DNA of 64,000 nt from Lophium mytilinum (lineage: Eukaryota): positions 1,185,520 to 1,249,519 of the forward strand of contig MU004193.1 of NCBI GenBank assembly GCA_010093605.1, given 5' to 3'. The position numbers and the translations under genes were made by a program. Shown piece after piece: positions 11,961 to 24,783 of this stretch (within the stretch, counting starts at the first letter, position 1; each line of letters begins with the position of its first letter). Below the pieces are notes generated by a model. That model was not told where the DNA came from and ran no database searches. It saw only the letters and a list, made by a program, of their open reading frames with translations.

Positions 11961-14135
11961 ATGTCTTCCCCCCAACCATTCCTCCCCTCCTCCGCCCCCT
12001 CCTCCGCCCATCGCCGCAAATCCGCCTTCACCTACAAACACCTCTCCCAACTCTCCTCCTACTCCCCCACGACCCCCTTGCGCGTCATCGCCCACGTCGA
12101 CCTCGACGCCTTCTACGCCCAATGCGAACAAGTCCGCCTCCAACTGCCCCCCGACGTTCCCCTCGCCGTGCAACAATGGCAAGGCCTCATCGCCATCAAC
12201 TACCCCGCGCGCGCCTTCGGCCTCGGCCGCCACATCACGAGCACCGAAGCGAAGAAGCTGTGTCCGGAGCTGATTATGCAGCACGTCGCGACGTGGAAGG
12301 AGGGGGACGAGACGTGGGCGTACCACGAGGACGCCGCGAAGCACATCGCGACGCACAAGGTGTCGCTGGACCCGTATCGGCGCGAGAGCCGGAAGATTCT
12401 GGGGGTGATTAGGAGCGCGTTGCCTGCGGGAGCGGGGCAGCGGGTGGAGAAGGCGAGTGTGGATGAGGTGTTTATGGATTTGTCGGCGCAGGTTCATGGA
12501 ATATTGTTAGAGAGGTACCCGGAGTTGCAGGGGCCGCCGCCGTATGATGATCCGACGGAGTTGCTGCCGAGGCCGCCGACGACGGCGTTGGAGTGGAAGG
12601 GGGATGCTTTGGTGGATTTGGATAGGGGGGAAGAGGAGGAGGATGATCCGGATTGGGATGATGTGGCGATTTGCGTGGGGAGTGAGATTGTGAGGGATGT
12701 ACGCGCGCGGGTGTGGGAGGAGTTGAGGTATACGTGCTCGGGAGGTGTGGCGAGGAATAAGATGCTGGCGAAGTTGGGGAGTGGGCATAAGAAGCCGAAT
12801 GCGCAGACGGTGATCAGGAATCGCGCAGTAGGGCATTTTTTGAGTGGGTTTAAGTTCACGAAGATTCGGAATCTGGGCGGGAAGTTGGGAGATGAGGTGG
12901 TCGCGATGTTTAATACGGATTCGGTGGGGGATTTACTCAAGCAGCCGCTTGAGCAGTTGATGCGGTTAGGGGATGATACGGGATCGTGGCTTTACGGTAT
13001 CATTCGCGGCGAGGATAACAGCGAGGTCAATCCGAGGACGCAAATCAAGAGTATGCTGTCTGCGAAGTCGTTCCGACCCGCTATCAACGACTTCGAGCAG
13101 GGCGTTCGCTGGCTGCGTATCTTCGCCGCGGATATCTTCTCCCGCTGCGTGGAAGAAGGCGTGCTGGAGAATAAACGCAAACCGAAAACTATCAACCTAC
13201 ACCACCGCCAGGGCGCCCAGACGCGCTCAAAACAGGCCCCTATACCACAAGGCAAAACACTAACCGAGCAAATCCTCTTCGATCTCGCAAAGAACCTCCT
13301 AGCCCAAGTCGTGGTTGACGGCCGTGCGTGGCCGTGCATAAACCTCTCCCTAAGCGTAGGAGGATGGGAAGACGGCATCGCCAACAACAAAGGCATCAGC
13401 GCTTTCCTCGTCCGCGGCGAGGAAGCTAAAGCACTACGAGAAAGCGAGAGACAATCCGACGCCGCGATCGAACGGAGAGACGAACGGCCCCCTGAGAAGA
13501 GACGGAAGCTAGAGAACGGCCGCAGTATACAGAAGTTCTTCGCGCCTCGCCTTCCCAATCACACAAGCACGAGCAGCGATGCGGATGGGACGCCGAACCC
13601 CAATCGCTTGTCTGAACGCCGAGAAAGCGAAGATCAAGACATGTTCGACTCCGACCCAGAACCCGAGCACCACCTAGACTCGGACACTGAGCTCCCAGAC
13701 ATCCAACAACAACCTCCTCTATCTCCCAACCGCCCATCAACACCTCAACCGCATCTCGCCGACCTCACTTCAGACCTCACGCCCCCATCCGCGCAACCTC
13801 AACCCCGCTCCCCTCATGTCCACCCCTCGCACCAGGTCCAGCAAACTCTGGACACTTTCTTCTGCTCCCGCTGCTCCACCGCTCTTCCCAAAGAAGAGGA
13901 AACCGAGCACGCCGACTGGCACTTCGCGAAAGACCTCGCCCGGGACCTGGAAGCCGAAGAACGCGTGGAGGCAGAGCGGCGACGTACTCCTATTCCCGCG
14001 AAGCCGGTGCCGCCGAGACCGCAAGCGAGGGGGCGGGGGAGGCCGGCGGGGGGTGGTGGGAGCGGGAGTGGGAGTGCGGGGGCGGGGAGAGGGGCGGAGA
14101 AGGGGCAGAGGCGGTTGGCGTTTGGGAAGGGGTGA
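11961..14135 (+). CDS. RAD30: Y-family translesion DNA polymerase eta
   Basis: VIAHVDLDAFYAQCE, AVQQWQGLIAINYPAR, KVSLDPYRRES, EKASVDEVF, NKMLAKLGSGHKKPN; C-terminal UBZ finger CSRC...EHADWHFAKDL. First plausible ATG at 11961. Confidence 0.93.
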   Translation: MSSPQPFLPSSAPSSAHRRKSAFTYKHLSQLSSYSPTTPLRVIAHVDLDAFYAQCEQVRLQLPPDVPLAVQQWQGLIAINYPARAFGLGRHITSTEAKKLCPELIMQHVATWKEGDETWAYHEDAAKHIATHKVSLDPYRRESRKILGVIRSALPAGAGQRVEKASVDEVFMDLSAQVHGILLERYPELQGPPPYDDPTELLPRPPTTALEWKGDALVDLDRGEEEEDDPDWDDVAICVGSEIVRDVRARVWEELRYTCSGGVARNKMLAKLGSGHKKPNAQTVIRNRAVGHFLSGFKFTKIRNLGGKLGDEVVAMFNTDSVGDLLKQPLEQLMRLGDDTGSWLYGIIRGEDNSEVNPRTQIKSMLSAKSFRPAINDFEQGVRWLRIFAADIFSRCVEEGVLENKRKPKTINLHHRQGAQTRSKQAPIPQGKTLTEQILFDLAKNLLAQVVVDGRAWPCINLSLSVGGWEDGIANNKGISAFLVRGEEAKALRESERQSDAAIERRDERPPEKRRKLENGRSIQKFFAPRLPNHTSTSSDADGTPNPNRLSERRESEDQDMFDSDPEPEHHLDSDTELPDIQQQPPLSPNRPSTPQPHLADLTSDLTPPSAQPQPRSPHVHPSHQVQQTLDTFFCSRCSTALPKEEETEHADWHFAKDLARDLEAEERVEAERRRTPIPAKPVPPRPQARGRGRPAGGGGSGSGSAGAGRGAEKGQRRLAFGKG

Positions 14136-15499
14136 GGGGTGGAAGTTATTTTGGTAAGCTTGGATGTATTGCTACTTGGATGTATAGAAAGCTATTACTA
14201 GGCGCTGAATGTTGTAGCAATTGAATATTGCCGTTTGGAGGTAGATGTGGTGTTATTTGCTACTGCTTTTGCTACAAATTGTAGTCATGTTCGGTGGTCT
14301 AGCGCAGATATCAAGCCACCGAATCAGCCGCAAAAGGGGTTTAATCTTGGAAAGTAATGAGTTGCGGTAGCTTATTTTTTGAAGGCTAACTTAGCCTTCG
14401 GTAAGATTCAGCCCAGAAAAGGGTTTCTTCCGCTCTAAAATCACTTGCTTAACCTGTGGCTGCAGAGTTGCGCTAGGCCACCGGACTTGCCTACAGTTTG
14501 TATTGCTACCGGTTAAGGGGCCTAGTCTTACGAGGCTAGCTCGTTCCGAAAGAGGGAACGCGTGCGTCTGCCTAGCACGCGCTGAGCGATATCTTGTGTA
14601 GTCGGGTATTTGAGGAATACAATAAGCTGATAGTATGATAAAGATTTGTTGATCGAATAGTATAGTATGGTGAGGGGATTGACCATTTTGGGGAGCGATA
14701 GAATTCGAATCTTCAGATCCTATGACACCTCTCTTCAGCTCAGCCATTTATTGACCTTATCATCTAAAACCGGTTTCCATCCTTTTCATTTCTTGCCCTT
14801 GAAACGCTCATTCTACAAAAGTCACTCAACGCCACCTCCACTGCGCACGCATTCCTCCTTGACCTGTTTTAGCAAAGCAAGCAGAGTCACATGGCCACCA
14901 AAGGGCAACGTGTACTGATTATGGTCTGTGTAGAAACTCCTCGTGTCGCAGATTGCTTTATTGCCCATGTATCACAGTACTCCGCTGGAGGAATAGGACC
15001 AGATCGTGGCCGCAACTGCATACGAATGACTGCAAGGAACTCGGAACTCGTTTTATACCTGAAGCAGTGATTATAAGCTCGCAATCTCATTTTGTGGTCA
15101 TGACTCTACGGCTTTCTAGGTTTGGGTATATAAATCCTAGAAGTAAGGAGGGTTTTTCCTTCTTCACCATACACATCCTGCACAAGATCTACGAGAGAAC
15201 CAGCAACTATATTCCCGATATCTACTTCCTCAATACCTACTCCTCAATACCTATTCCGTTGACACTTATCCCTCCAACACCAGTTCCTTGGTCGCGTATC
15301 CCACCGACATATATTCCATCTATACCAATCACATTTCGCTATTAGGTACTCGTTACTTGCAGCTTGCTACCCGCTGCCCGATTACCTATAAATATTATAG
15401 CCCCACCGAATACAGCTCTCAGTAAGAAGTCCACGTTCCTTTCTAATGACCAACGTCAAACTAACCCTCGGAGACCAGAACTTCCGCCCTACCTCTAAG

Positions 15500-15907
15500 A
15501 TGTCCTCAAGCGAAAGCCCGGTCAAGGACAATACCCAACAAAGCAAGCGACCACCACAGACTCAGGCAGAGTGGGAGAAGGAGAACGACTACTGGTTCAA
15601 AAAAGTTATACCAGATTTCTCGAAAGGCAGGCCAGCGGCCAATCATGTTGCGCACGGCGAAAACCTCGGTGAAATGGAAGCCGTCAGGAAATCCAGAGTC
15701 GAAGCCCACAATAACGCAGTCAGAGCCAGCAATGTAATTCTCAGCTGGGCGTGCTGTAAGTGTAAAGTCGTCCACACTGCACAGGACCTAGAGTGCAATA
15801 TTACCCAATGGCACTCGGATTTCATGCCACATAAGCCCTGTGCCAAATGCCCAGAGCCGCCGGGGGGTGCGGTCACGGCGCCTATTACTGAGGGGATTCC
15901 TTTCTGA
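15500..15907 (+). CDS. Small hypothetical protein with two CxxC-like motifs
   Basis: 135-aa ORF from ATG 15500 with WACCKC and CAKC, followed by T-rich 3' UTR-like sequence. No family recognised. Confidence 0.35.
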   Translation: MSSSESPVKDNTQQSKRPPQTQAEWEKENDYWFKKVIPDFSKGRPAANHVAHGENLGEMEAVRKSRVEAHNNAVRASNVILSWACCKCKVVHTAQDLECNITQWHSDFMPHKPCAKCPEPPGGAVTAPITEGIPF

Positions 15908-16278
15908 GCGTCTGAAAGATCGCTTTGTGTTTAGAGGGGTCTTTCTCTTATGTATGTATGGTGTTTTTGCATTGGTGTTTTTTGCATGGTTGGTGGGTTT
16001 TTGCATGGATGGTGTTTTCAGTTTTGAATTCGGATGGCCTACACTTTGGTTTCACTATAGGATCTGGGCATTGGCTTCGGGGCTGGTCGGCCGATAGCAG
16101 CACAGAAGAGTTTCCTTTGTTGGTTTGTATTTCTTATAGAGTCTTTGGTGTGTGTTCTTGGAGGTTTTCAATTATTGTTTTGTATTTCGAGTGGAAGATG
16201 CTAGGTACAAGGTACAGGATAATGGGACGGGCGGTATAAACTAGACGATTCCAATCGTCAGCTGTGTGTAGGTTTGTA

Positions 16279-16316
16279 AGTACGTATGTATGCACGTATG
16301 TATGTACGTACGTATG
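16279..16316. repeat. Imperfect (TATG/TACG)n tetranucleotide microsatellite
   Basis: agtacgtatgtatgcacgtatgtatgtacgtacgtatg. Confidence 0.7.
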
Positions 16317-18095
16317 CCAATCTGTCAATTTGACTCAAACTCGGAACATTTGCAAGCTCTGAGAAAGGCTCCTGCTTTCCCCGAGTGGAAAAGTGCGAAG
16401 CACGTGATTTTGATAGGCTCCATAGGCCATATCTCAGTACTCCGGCTTGCGGGGATAAAGCTAGTAGTAAGATATTGCAATAACGCAAGTAGCTGCTTGT
16501 GTTACTTACAGCTCCCTGAGCCGGACCTCAGCCTTGTCGTACCAGAACTCAAACACGTTCTTTCCTTTAAGTTCACTTACTGCTTCAATATCCCCCGGAA
16601 TCGCTGGTCCAATCTTCCCGTACCTACACTACAGTACAGCCCCTTCTCGCATCCTGTGGATAGCGCGCAGGTGTATCTAAGCTCGCTGAAATAACGGGCA
16701 GCACTCTCAGTCGGCTACTTCAGCCAAGGCTAAGTATATTCTAGTCTTTTCTCGGCCAGTTTGTGGCTTTGTTCTCACGCTTAGCCACTGGCTGCAAAGA
16801 GAGGTCCTGCATCAGTCTAAACATTCTGCAGCTAAACGCATAAGCGGAGGCGACCCCGAATTCAAAAAAACGAAGTTTTGTCGATAGATGCTGGCAAGCT
16901 AGGTAATCTCGGTGGAAACACTAGTCCAATAAAAGTTCTCATTAGTCCTATTGTGGTACTCTGTTGTTGCTATTGCTGGCTAAGGATAGGTGTCAATTGC
17001 TACTATAAGATAAGCGGCTACTACTGCAAGACGAGCCTTTCCATAGAGTGAAGTACCTAGCTTGCCGGTGTCGGGCCCCTTCCTCCCTAGCCGACTTACT
17101 TAGCATCTTGTGTACATCTTTCCTCCTTCCGCTCATTAGCTAACTCCCTCACCATCATCAACCTAAAAGCCTTTAGCCCCACGTCTAGTTTGAATTCCTA
17201 TTCTGTTTTACTGCGGCTATCCAGAAAGCGGCAACGGACGAGCCGGCCAGTGGGAAAACCCAGGAAATCGTGTTCTCAATGGCTGGCTAGAACGGTCATC
17301 ATCGGAGTCGCATAGAGTGGAATTCGGTCTACAAAGTACCTCGTGATTGGGCGACTGATTGAATGGGTCCTCTCCGGGCAGTAGTTCTACACTCTCGGCG
17401 TACACTTTTTCCTGGCTCCGTCTATGTAGAAATCAGTGTTCAAACTTAGGTTTCTGCACAAGCAGAGCTTCATGAAAAAAGCTAATACCAATCCTACCTG
17501 TGGGCTTGTTTCAGGCTTGTCGCTTACACCTAAAGTCTGAAGGCGTTCAAGGCTTCTCTTACCTGGTGATAGAATGAAGGCTAGCCCAGCTATGGGAGTT
17601 GTCTATTCGTGAGAGTACAGTAGTACAAAGGCGGCCTGGTCACCCGGCAGGCAGCCCTCCTTCCCCAATGTCAATCCTAAAGCTAATAAATTCCAAAAAA
17701 GATAGTAGGGACCTTTCCTTTGATTGCGAATTCTGGTATTACAATAGTGTGTTGGTGGAGGTGCAGCGCGCCGATAAAGATAGTAGGCTGTGAAAGTATG
17801 GAATGCCGCCAGAAAAGAGCCCGCCGACTGAGTAGAACATGGCACTACGCCCAAGGGGTTAGAATACCTATCGGCAGTTCGTCCCGAGTAGAAATGAAAG
17901 CAGTTAGTCCTCGTGTAAGTGGATTGAATGTCTATGTGGCTCAAGAGGTGAAAAGTCCCTTTCAGATCTCGAGTTATGAGTAGTAGGGAGGACGAGACGT
18001 CAGCGGTATCGGGAGTTGAGGGTTCTGGATCGTAGTGCTTGGCGACTATGCCAGAAGGGGAATACCACGTGCTAGCTCTTTTGCCACCGATCTTA

Positions 18096-19807
18096 CAAGG
18101 GGCGCGGCCAGGTGCATATTCCAGTTACGTAAGCGCAGGGGGAGGAACACCAAAGTGCTGCATACAAATTCAAATTACTACAACTCATTTAATTCCTATT
18201 AATAATCTATAAAATAAAGTGCGCTATTATTCTATAAAGTTATTATTTCTATTATAATTTTTATATAGCTCTATAAGGCCTAAAAAGGTATTATTTAACG
18301 CTCTTTCTAGAATGTATTTATCTAATTCTTTATCCTTACGCTACATCTCTACTAACTACTTCTTCGCCTAGTTTTTAGCCTCTTTAGAAGCGCTATTTAC
18401 CTTATAGTAGTTAACCTTATAATTTAGCCTTCTAAAGCACCTCTTAATTAGGTGCAGATCTAGTAAATTAGCTAGGTAATTTATAAAGAGTATGCCGTCT
18501 TAAAGATAAAAAAGCTTCCTTCTAGTAGAGTAGTAGAGTGCTATATTATCCTTAATTAACTAGACTTCTTTACTAGGATTTACTTTCTTTACTACTTTAT
18601 AGTAGGGGTAAAGAAGAGGCTTTAAGATATTATTAGTATACTAGATAGCGTCTATTTCTTTACCTTTTCCTTAAGTAAATATCTTATATTTAAACTCCTA
18701 TTCTAGCCTATATATTCTATGCCTTCCCTTTTAAATTTCTTATTATTTAAGGCGCTTATTATTACCCCGGATCTTATTATTTACCTTCTACATGTAGTTA
18801 TATTCTAAAGTGCTAGAAATAGTAGCATTCCTTTACTTCTTTTTAGCTCTCTCCTTTACATCCTTATTATCCTTAATAAGCTTCCTTTCTAGCTTATCTT
18901 TCTACTTAAGAGAATTAGGCTCCTAAATAATGCAGGGCCTTAGAATAGATAGATCCAAGTATATAGCGCCCTAGAATAATAGGTTAAACCTAGCCGGTAG
19001 CTTATAAATAGTATACTTATTTATATTTACTTCTATTAGCCTTAAGACTCTAGCCTTGCCTCCCTTTTAATGCCCGGGACTAAATTACTTTAGAGATTTA
19101 TTAGAATAGATAAAGATAATATTTCTATTAGTTCTTTAAATAGTATCCTGCAGCTAGGTAGAGTAAAGCTTTCTAGCTTCCTTTTAGGCCTTATTAAGCG
19201 CTAGTTTATAGGGCCTAATTTCTTAAATAATTAGCTTAGAGTAGAGAGGATCCCGATGCTAGTAGGCTACCTTTTTAATAGTAGCTTAGTATGCCTGCAC
19301 ACTGGCAGTATAGAGTGCAGGAGCTATAGCCTTATAGAATTTATAGTCCTTAAATTGGAGAATATTATGCTAAATCTCTTAAGAAAGAGCGCTTCCATTC
19401 TTAACCTTTGGCTGCCTGCCTGGCCGGTGTAATTTAGGTAAAAGGGATTAAAGCATATCATGGAAATTCTTATTCCTAGCATTCTACTTTGCTCTGCCAT
19501 AGATCTTTATAGCTATTAACTCGGAGACACTAGTTTTAGCCTTAATTTTAGTGAAAGGAACTTAAAAGAAGAGGTGCATTATAATAATAGTAGCCTTTAT
19601 AGTAATAGGAGTATTATTAGCCCCTCTAGAGCGGCCTCCGGCGTGGTAATGAGCCATAGTAGTTGAAATTTAGGTAAATGTTTACATTCTCACAGTTCAA
19701 AACAAGGGAAAGGCGGTGAAAAGGGGTGGTTCTTATTAGTGGATATACTGCCGTGCACGGCCGTTGTAGCTATTGGATCCGGAATATGCACCTGGCCGCG
19801 CCCCTTG
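18096..19807 (-). mobile_element. RIP-inactivated Tc1/mariner (Tc1-type) DNA transposon, 1712 bp
   Basis: Perfect 27-bp TIRs CAAGGGGCGCGGCCAGGTGCATATTCC (18096-18122; reverse complement at 19781-19807), flanked by TA on both sides. Interior is AT/TpA-rich. Minus strand ~18440-18490 reads YLANLLDLHLIKRCF, a RIP-degraded form of the Tc1 WPxNSPDLxPIE motif. Confidence 0.9.
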
Positions 19808-20433
19808 TAAATGAACGTACGAAGACCATGAAAATATGACGACGCTACTTCTAATCTCATTTAGTCCAAAAGAAAGACAGAGATTACCGTATAGCCCCTA
19901 TGGTTGGCCTAAAATATGAGGAATAGAAGTAGCCTTACAGTTATCCTAGCGGCTTTCGTAGCCTAGCGTGCCACGTCTATCGCTCGGAGATTTGTATCAG
20001 GGCGGCTCTTTCAGTCCCTTCATCTCTTCCACTATGCGGCTCCTTGTCGGCGCATGTACATAGTAGATTCTTCACTCACCCGTTTTATTTCTGGCTCTCC
20101 ATCTCACCACTACGCCCCTTCGAAGTCGGCGCAGGCTGCCATGTGCATGAAGCTATCATGCATAGCCTGCTCTGTCTGCTTATGCTCCCTGCCCAATCAC
20201 GACTAGACCGAGAGAGAATAGCATAACTCCGCGATCGACAAGAGCCTCAAGCACAGCCCTGTATGTGTGCTTACGCGATACGCTATAGTGCTTCTCGGTT
20301 CGCCCCCAAGTCGCGCCCGGTCCGAGGAGGCTGCAAGGCCCCCAGCGCCAAAGGTAACATATAACAAATCGCTACGCACTTGGTGACCCAACGGACGCTG
20401 CCTCCGAATTTTCCTGCGTGTTCTTCTGTCATC

Positions 20434-22293
20434 ATGGGCGACGGCTCCGTCGAGCTACGAGAACGCGGCTCTAAAGGCGACGACAACTGCCTTGTTCGAT
20501 CGGACGATGCCGGAATCTGGAATTTTATCAAAGCGTGGCACTGGTTCCCCCTCCATCTGGCCTGTTGCATTTGTTTCATTGTTGTCATGTTTAAGCTAGT
20601 CGATAACCACACCTTCTTGTCCGGAACAACTCCTGACAATGACCTACACCGGTCCGGATTCTACCAAACAGAGGTGACTGGACTCGTTTCAGCCGCGCTT
20701 GTCCTCATTCGCATTGTCGCCGGCGTGGGTTCCGCCCTTGTCATGTGGCGATTGATTTTCATCCTTCTAGAAAAAAGCGGCCTCACTCTTGCGGAGATAT
20801 GTCGCTTAGCCGACAAGAAACTTCCGATAGTACCTCGCTTCGAATCCTCCACTCAAGCGTCATGGTCCCTTTTCGCTCTCGTCGTTGTACTCTTACTTTG
20901 GCCCCAAACAATCGCCGCACCACTCGCGAACTCCTCCTTGGCTTGGACGCCTTCCAGCAAACTGGCTAGTGCAGCATCATCACACAAATATGTTCTCAAT
21001 ACATTAAACAATCCCAAGGAAAAGGACAGCTTTATATACGCAAATCTGATCACTAGAGTCATTTTCATAGCGTCTTTCATGGCCGGAAAAAACCCCGACT
21101 ACGCATTCGCCGCGCTAAGGGACTCGCTTGTTCCTCTCAGGCGATATAGTTACTTAACCCCGTCACTAAGCGATGGCGGCCTCGGCTCGTTTGGTTTGCC
21201 ATACTTTGAGGTTACGAACCTTGACTGGCTCGACGCACCCGACGGTCGTGAACTCAACCAGATGGACAACTCGAGCATGCTAGCTTCTCCGGTTACCCCT
21301 GAAGTGTTTGCTCCCATAGGGAATCTAGCTTTTCTCCGGGATACCAAGTGGCTTGCAAATGAGACGGTAGATTTTTACGAACCTCAAATTTTTGAAGGGA
21401 AAAAGAATGTTTCAATCAAGGTCGATGGCACATATCTTGGCCAGATTATCGACGGAAAGAACGTGACCCAGGATACCCCCTGTCCAGCAGTTGGAACCGT
21501 TTTCGGAAAGCTACCGTCGGTCAAACGATTTCACCGCCCTACATGGTACGGCAACGAGTGGGCTACCAACGACTGCTACCTGCTCGCAGAAGTTACTATC
21601 AAAGCAGGCATCTACCCTAAACAATTTAGCAACGTAACTCTTGTCGGATCTTCAGACCATGTCCATGCCATAAGCCCCGTAGGAGGTCCCGAATCCGATG
21701 ATACGAAACCCTCCCTGATTCCCGATGGTAGCGTTGGGCCGGTATTGGACATGATGTCCGACGTTGCAAGGTTGATAATGGCACTGAACTTAACTTCAGA
21801 TTGGCAAAGGGATAATATCGACAACTTCTTGAAAGGGATGCTTTCGATGTCGTATCACAGCACCTGGAGCGCGATGCCCGTGATAATTACGGACAGTACG
21901 GAGTCTGCCGATGTCACACCTATGGAACCCGTTATTCTCGCTTCTGTCGACAGGCGGCGATTATATGCCTGGCTAGGCATGAACCTGGCACTCACAATTG
22001 CTGCACTGCTTGTCGGAGTCGCGCATCACTGGACCACCACGAGGATCAAGACAATTCGCGACACCACCCTCGCAGCATTGACAATAGATATTTCGAAGAT
22101 ATCACATCAGAGCGGTAGTGGGCTATGCAATGCTTCAGCATTGAACGGAGATGACCATGCTATGGGGAGGATGAAATGGAAAGACGATAACGACATAGAA
22201 ACTTACCACACGACTGGTGAAACTCATCGAGACGGTTGCCGGAGAGAACTGGCTATCGTGAATAGAAGGCAAAGGAGACTTAGAGATATTTAG
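20434..22293 (+). CDS. Hypothetical fungal membrane protein (3 N-terminal and 1 C-terminal hydrophobic segments around a large luminal domain)
   Basis: Intact ~619-aa single-exon ORF with hydrophobic stretches, FYQTEVTGLVSAALVLIR and RLYAWLGMNLAL. No function recognised. Confidence 0.75.
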   Translation: MGDGSVELRERGSKGDDNCLVRSDDAGIWNFIKAWHWFPLHLACCICFIVVMFKLVDNHTFLSGTTPDNDLHRSGFYQTEVTGLVSAALVLIRIVAGVGSALVMWRLIFILLEKSGLTLAEICRLADKKLPIVPRFESSTQASWSLFALVVVLLLWPQTIAAPLANSSLAWTPSSKLASAASSHKYVLNTLNNPKEKDSFIYANLITRVIFIASFMAGKNPDYAFAALRDSLVPLRRYSYLTPSLSDGGLGSFGLPYFEVTNLDWLDAPDGRELNQMDNSSMLASPVTPEVFAPIGNLAFLRDTKWLANETVDFYEPQIFEGKKNVSIKVDGTYLGQIIDGKNVTQDTPCPAVGTVFGKLPSVKRFHRPTWYGNEWATNDCYLLAEVTIKAGIYPKQFSNVTLVGSSDHVHAISPVGGPESDDTKPSLIPDGSVGPVLDMMSDVARLIMALNLTSDWQRDNIDNFLKGMLSMSYHSTWSAMPVIITDSTESADVTPMEPVILASVDRRRLYAWLGMNLALTIAALLVGVAHHWTTTRIKTIRDTTLAALTIDISKISHQSGSGLCNASALNGDDHAMGRMKWKDDNDIETYHTTGETHRDGCRRELAIVNRRQRRLRDI

Positions 22294-22840
22294 TTGGTAG
22301 CTTCTTCACTTCTGACTCTTAAAATGTAGACTATTTTCTAAGACCTCGCTCTTTTCAATTTGTTACTACCTGCGGAGAAGCTGCTAAGTAAGAGTTGAAT
22401 TTCGCTGCGACCTGCAATGCTTGGCCTGTCGAATGAAAAGGCCCGCAGTCCCAGTCTCTCGTTAGGCACCCCGCGCACGCTTAAATGTTGTTCCAAGTCC
22501 CCAACTCATGAATCAGATCGTGGAAGATCAAGATAACTCCTACAACATGGCGGATCATGTCGCGGGGTAGCATTATTCCCGATGTGGAGTAGCGCCGTGA
22601 TGCTCAGCTAAAGATAGATTACGCGCCGGCGTGAAACGCCTTCGACAACTTCAATCAAACCGCCTCCTCATTGGCTAGAGCATTCACGAATCACTTGGTG
22701 ATGAACTGTAGCCGCTGGATGCCATATTTGAAGAAGAGATGCTGTCCCATCGGGGTTCATATGCGCGGGGTGTCGTGTCTGCTTGTTCGACTCTCTCCTG
22801 ATATTCCATTCCAGTCATTCACGCTTCTTTTTGATTCAAT

Positions 22841-24410
22841 ATGAATTACTTTCTAGTGCACTTAGTAGCATTTGCTTCAAGTCAGTAAAGATTCCCGTTC
22901 GATGATTCAAGGGGTTTGGTTTACTAACATTCAAACAGTCTTACAATGGGTCCGATGTGATGCCCCTCCGGCTTCGACTCTTTACCTCAGCGACACCAAG
23001 ACCACTTTCTCCATCAACATCCCCGATAACTCATCCGATGTATACATATATTTCTCGTCTCCAGCGTTCTCTTGGGTTGCGGTGGGCGCGGGCGATAAGA
23101 TGGCGAACTCTCTCTCGTTCATCATGTATCCTTCAGCCAAAAACAACAGTATGCCACCGCGTCCAACACAAAGTAGAATTCTAGCACTATAATAACAGTA
23201 ATACAGATGTCACGATAAGCCCCCGCATTGCAAGGTCCGCCCCTCGGCCAATTTTCTACGTGATATCCAGTCTAACATAAGCAGTGGCCACTCCGAACCA
23301 ACCTTCGCCCCAGAGATCCAGATTGAGGCTCTTCCGGGCACTACCATTAACAACGACTCGTTTGTCCTCAACGCCGTCTGCCATAACTGCCGCTCTTGGC
23401 GCGGCGGCTCACTAGACGTTTCTTCCACCGCTCAACCATGGCTATACGCATTCGGCCCGGATCTCGAGCTACAAAGCAATGCTTTAGATGCGCCACTGCG
23501 GAGGCATCATGCTTACGGTATGATCTTCTGTCCATATCACGTAGAGCAGAGTACTGACCACACTTTCTCAGGCCACTTCAAGATGGACATGGTACAAGCC
23601 ACTGGAGCCGGCGGCGTGCCGGAACCCAGCGCTGTAATGAACGGAGCCCAGCTCGTCGGCACGGAGAAAGAGGACAACGGGAATCAAGCCACAATCGCCC
23701 ACGCGATCCTCCTCGCCTTCGCTGTCTTGGTCATGACGCCTATCAATGTGGTTCTCGTGGGATTGTTCAAGACCGTTAAGCTGCACATTTGGTTCTCGGT
23801 GTTGGTTATGATGTTCATAATCGCTGGGTTTGGACTGGGAATATCAATCAGTGGGGAGTATAATAGGGTAAGCCGAACTCAGCCCTTCGCTCTTTCGATG
23901 CGTTTGCTTCTAGGGGATCACGGGCTAATGGCGGGTATCTACACAGTCCAAACACTTCGCCTCCCCCCACCAAGTCCTCGGTTTCATCACCATCATCGCT
24001 TTCCTCGCCATCGGCGTCATCGGCGGCTTCCAATCCCGCCAACTGCGCGTCCCCTCCACAAACGCGCCACGGCAGGCTACAAAACTCGATACTGCGCATA
24101 CCTGGCTCGCAAGAGGGACGTGGCTCCTTGCCGTTATCAATGGCGGACTGTAACATACCCCTCTACTACATCCCTACTTGCGTTAAATGGGCTCTTGCTA
24201 ACGTCCCATTATAGTGGTCTTCAATTCGCCTCCTCGCCCATGCACACTCGCATCATCTACGCGCTCGTTACGCTCGCTCTTACGCTACCAATGGTGATAG
24301 TGTATCTTCTAGTCTGGAGGCGGCAGAGGGTTAAGAAGGAGAAGTTTGATGAGGATCGGGATGTTGTGCTTGAGGCGTACTATTTGTCGCAGCCGAAACC
24401 GACCCATTAA
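22841..24410 (+). CDS. Membrane protein with signal peptide, DOMON (CDH cytochrome-like) domain and cytochrome b561-like TM domain, multi-exon
   Basis: Signal peptide MNYFLVHLVAFAS; SWVAVGAGDKMANSLSFIMYP, VTISPR...GHSEP, CHNC, LRRHH, GHFKMDM; TM helices with His residues (IAHAIL, KLHIW, SPHQVLG, AHTWL). Several short GT..AG introns. Confidence 0.8.
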
Positions 24411-24783
24411 GCAAGATCGGTAAGGCTGGGTTGGTGGAGTTGTGCTTACAAGATCTCGATCACATAGGAGATGTTGTGGGCTGCTCTATTTCGGGTGGGC
24501 GCAGGGAGTTCCGATGACACTTTGGAGATGAGTACTGATGGCGTACCGGCTATTTGAAAGGATTTACCAGATCGGAGGGTTTCCGTATTATTCTCATTGG
24601 AAGATTTGGGAGGTTACAGTACCGTTCCTGCCATGAATTGACAGTCTAGCAATGACAGCAAGCAGACCGCAACCGCAGTACCATCCCCCAAAAGCCAAAC
24701 CACCTCATCTACCCATCCATATTAGAAAAGAAAGTGCAAACCCCAATCAACTCCCCAAAAACTCTCAGCCTTAGCCCTGCATC

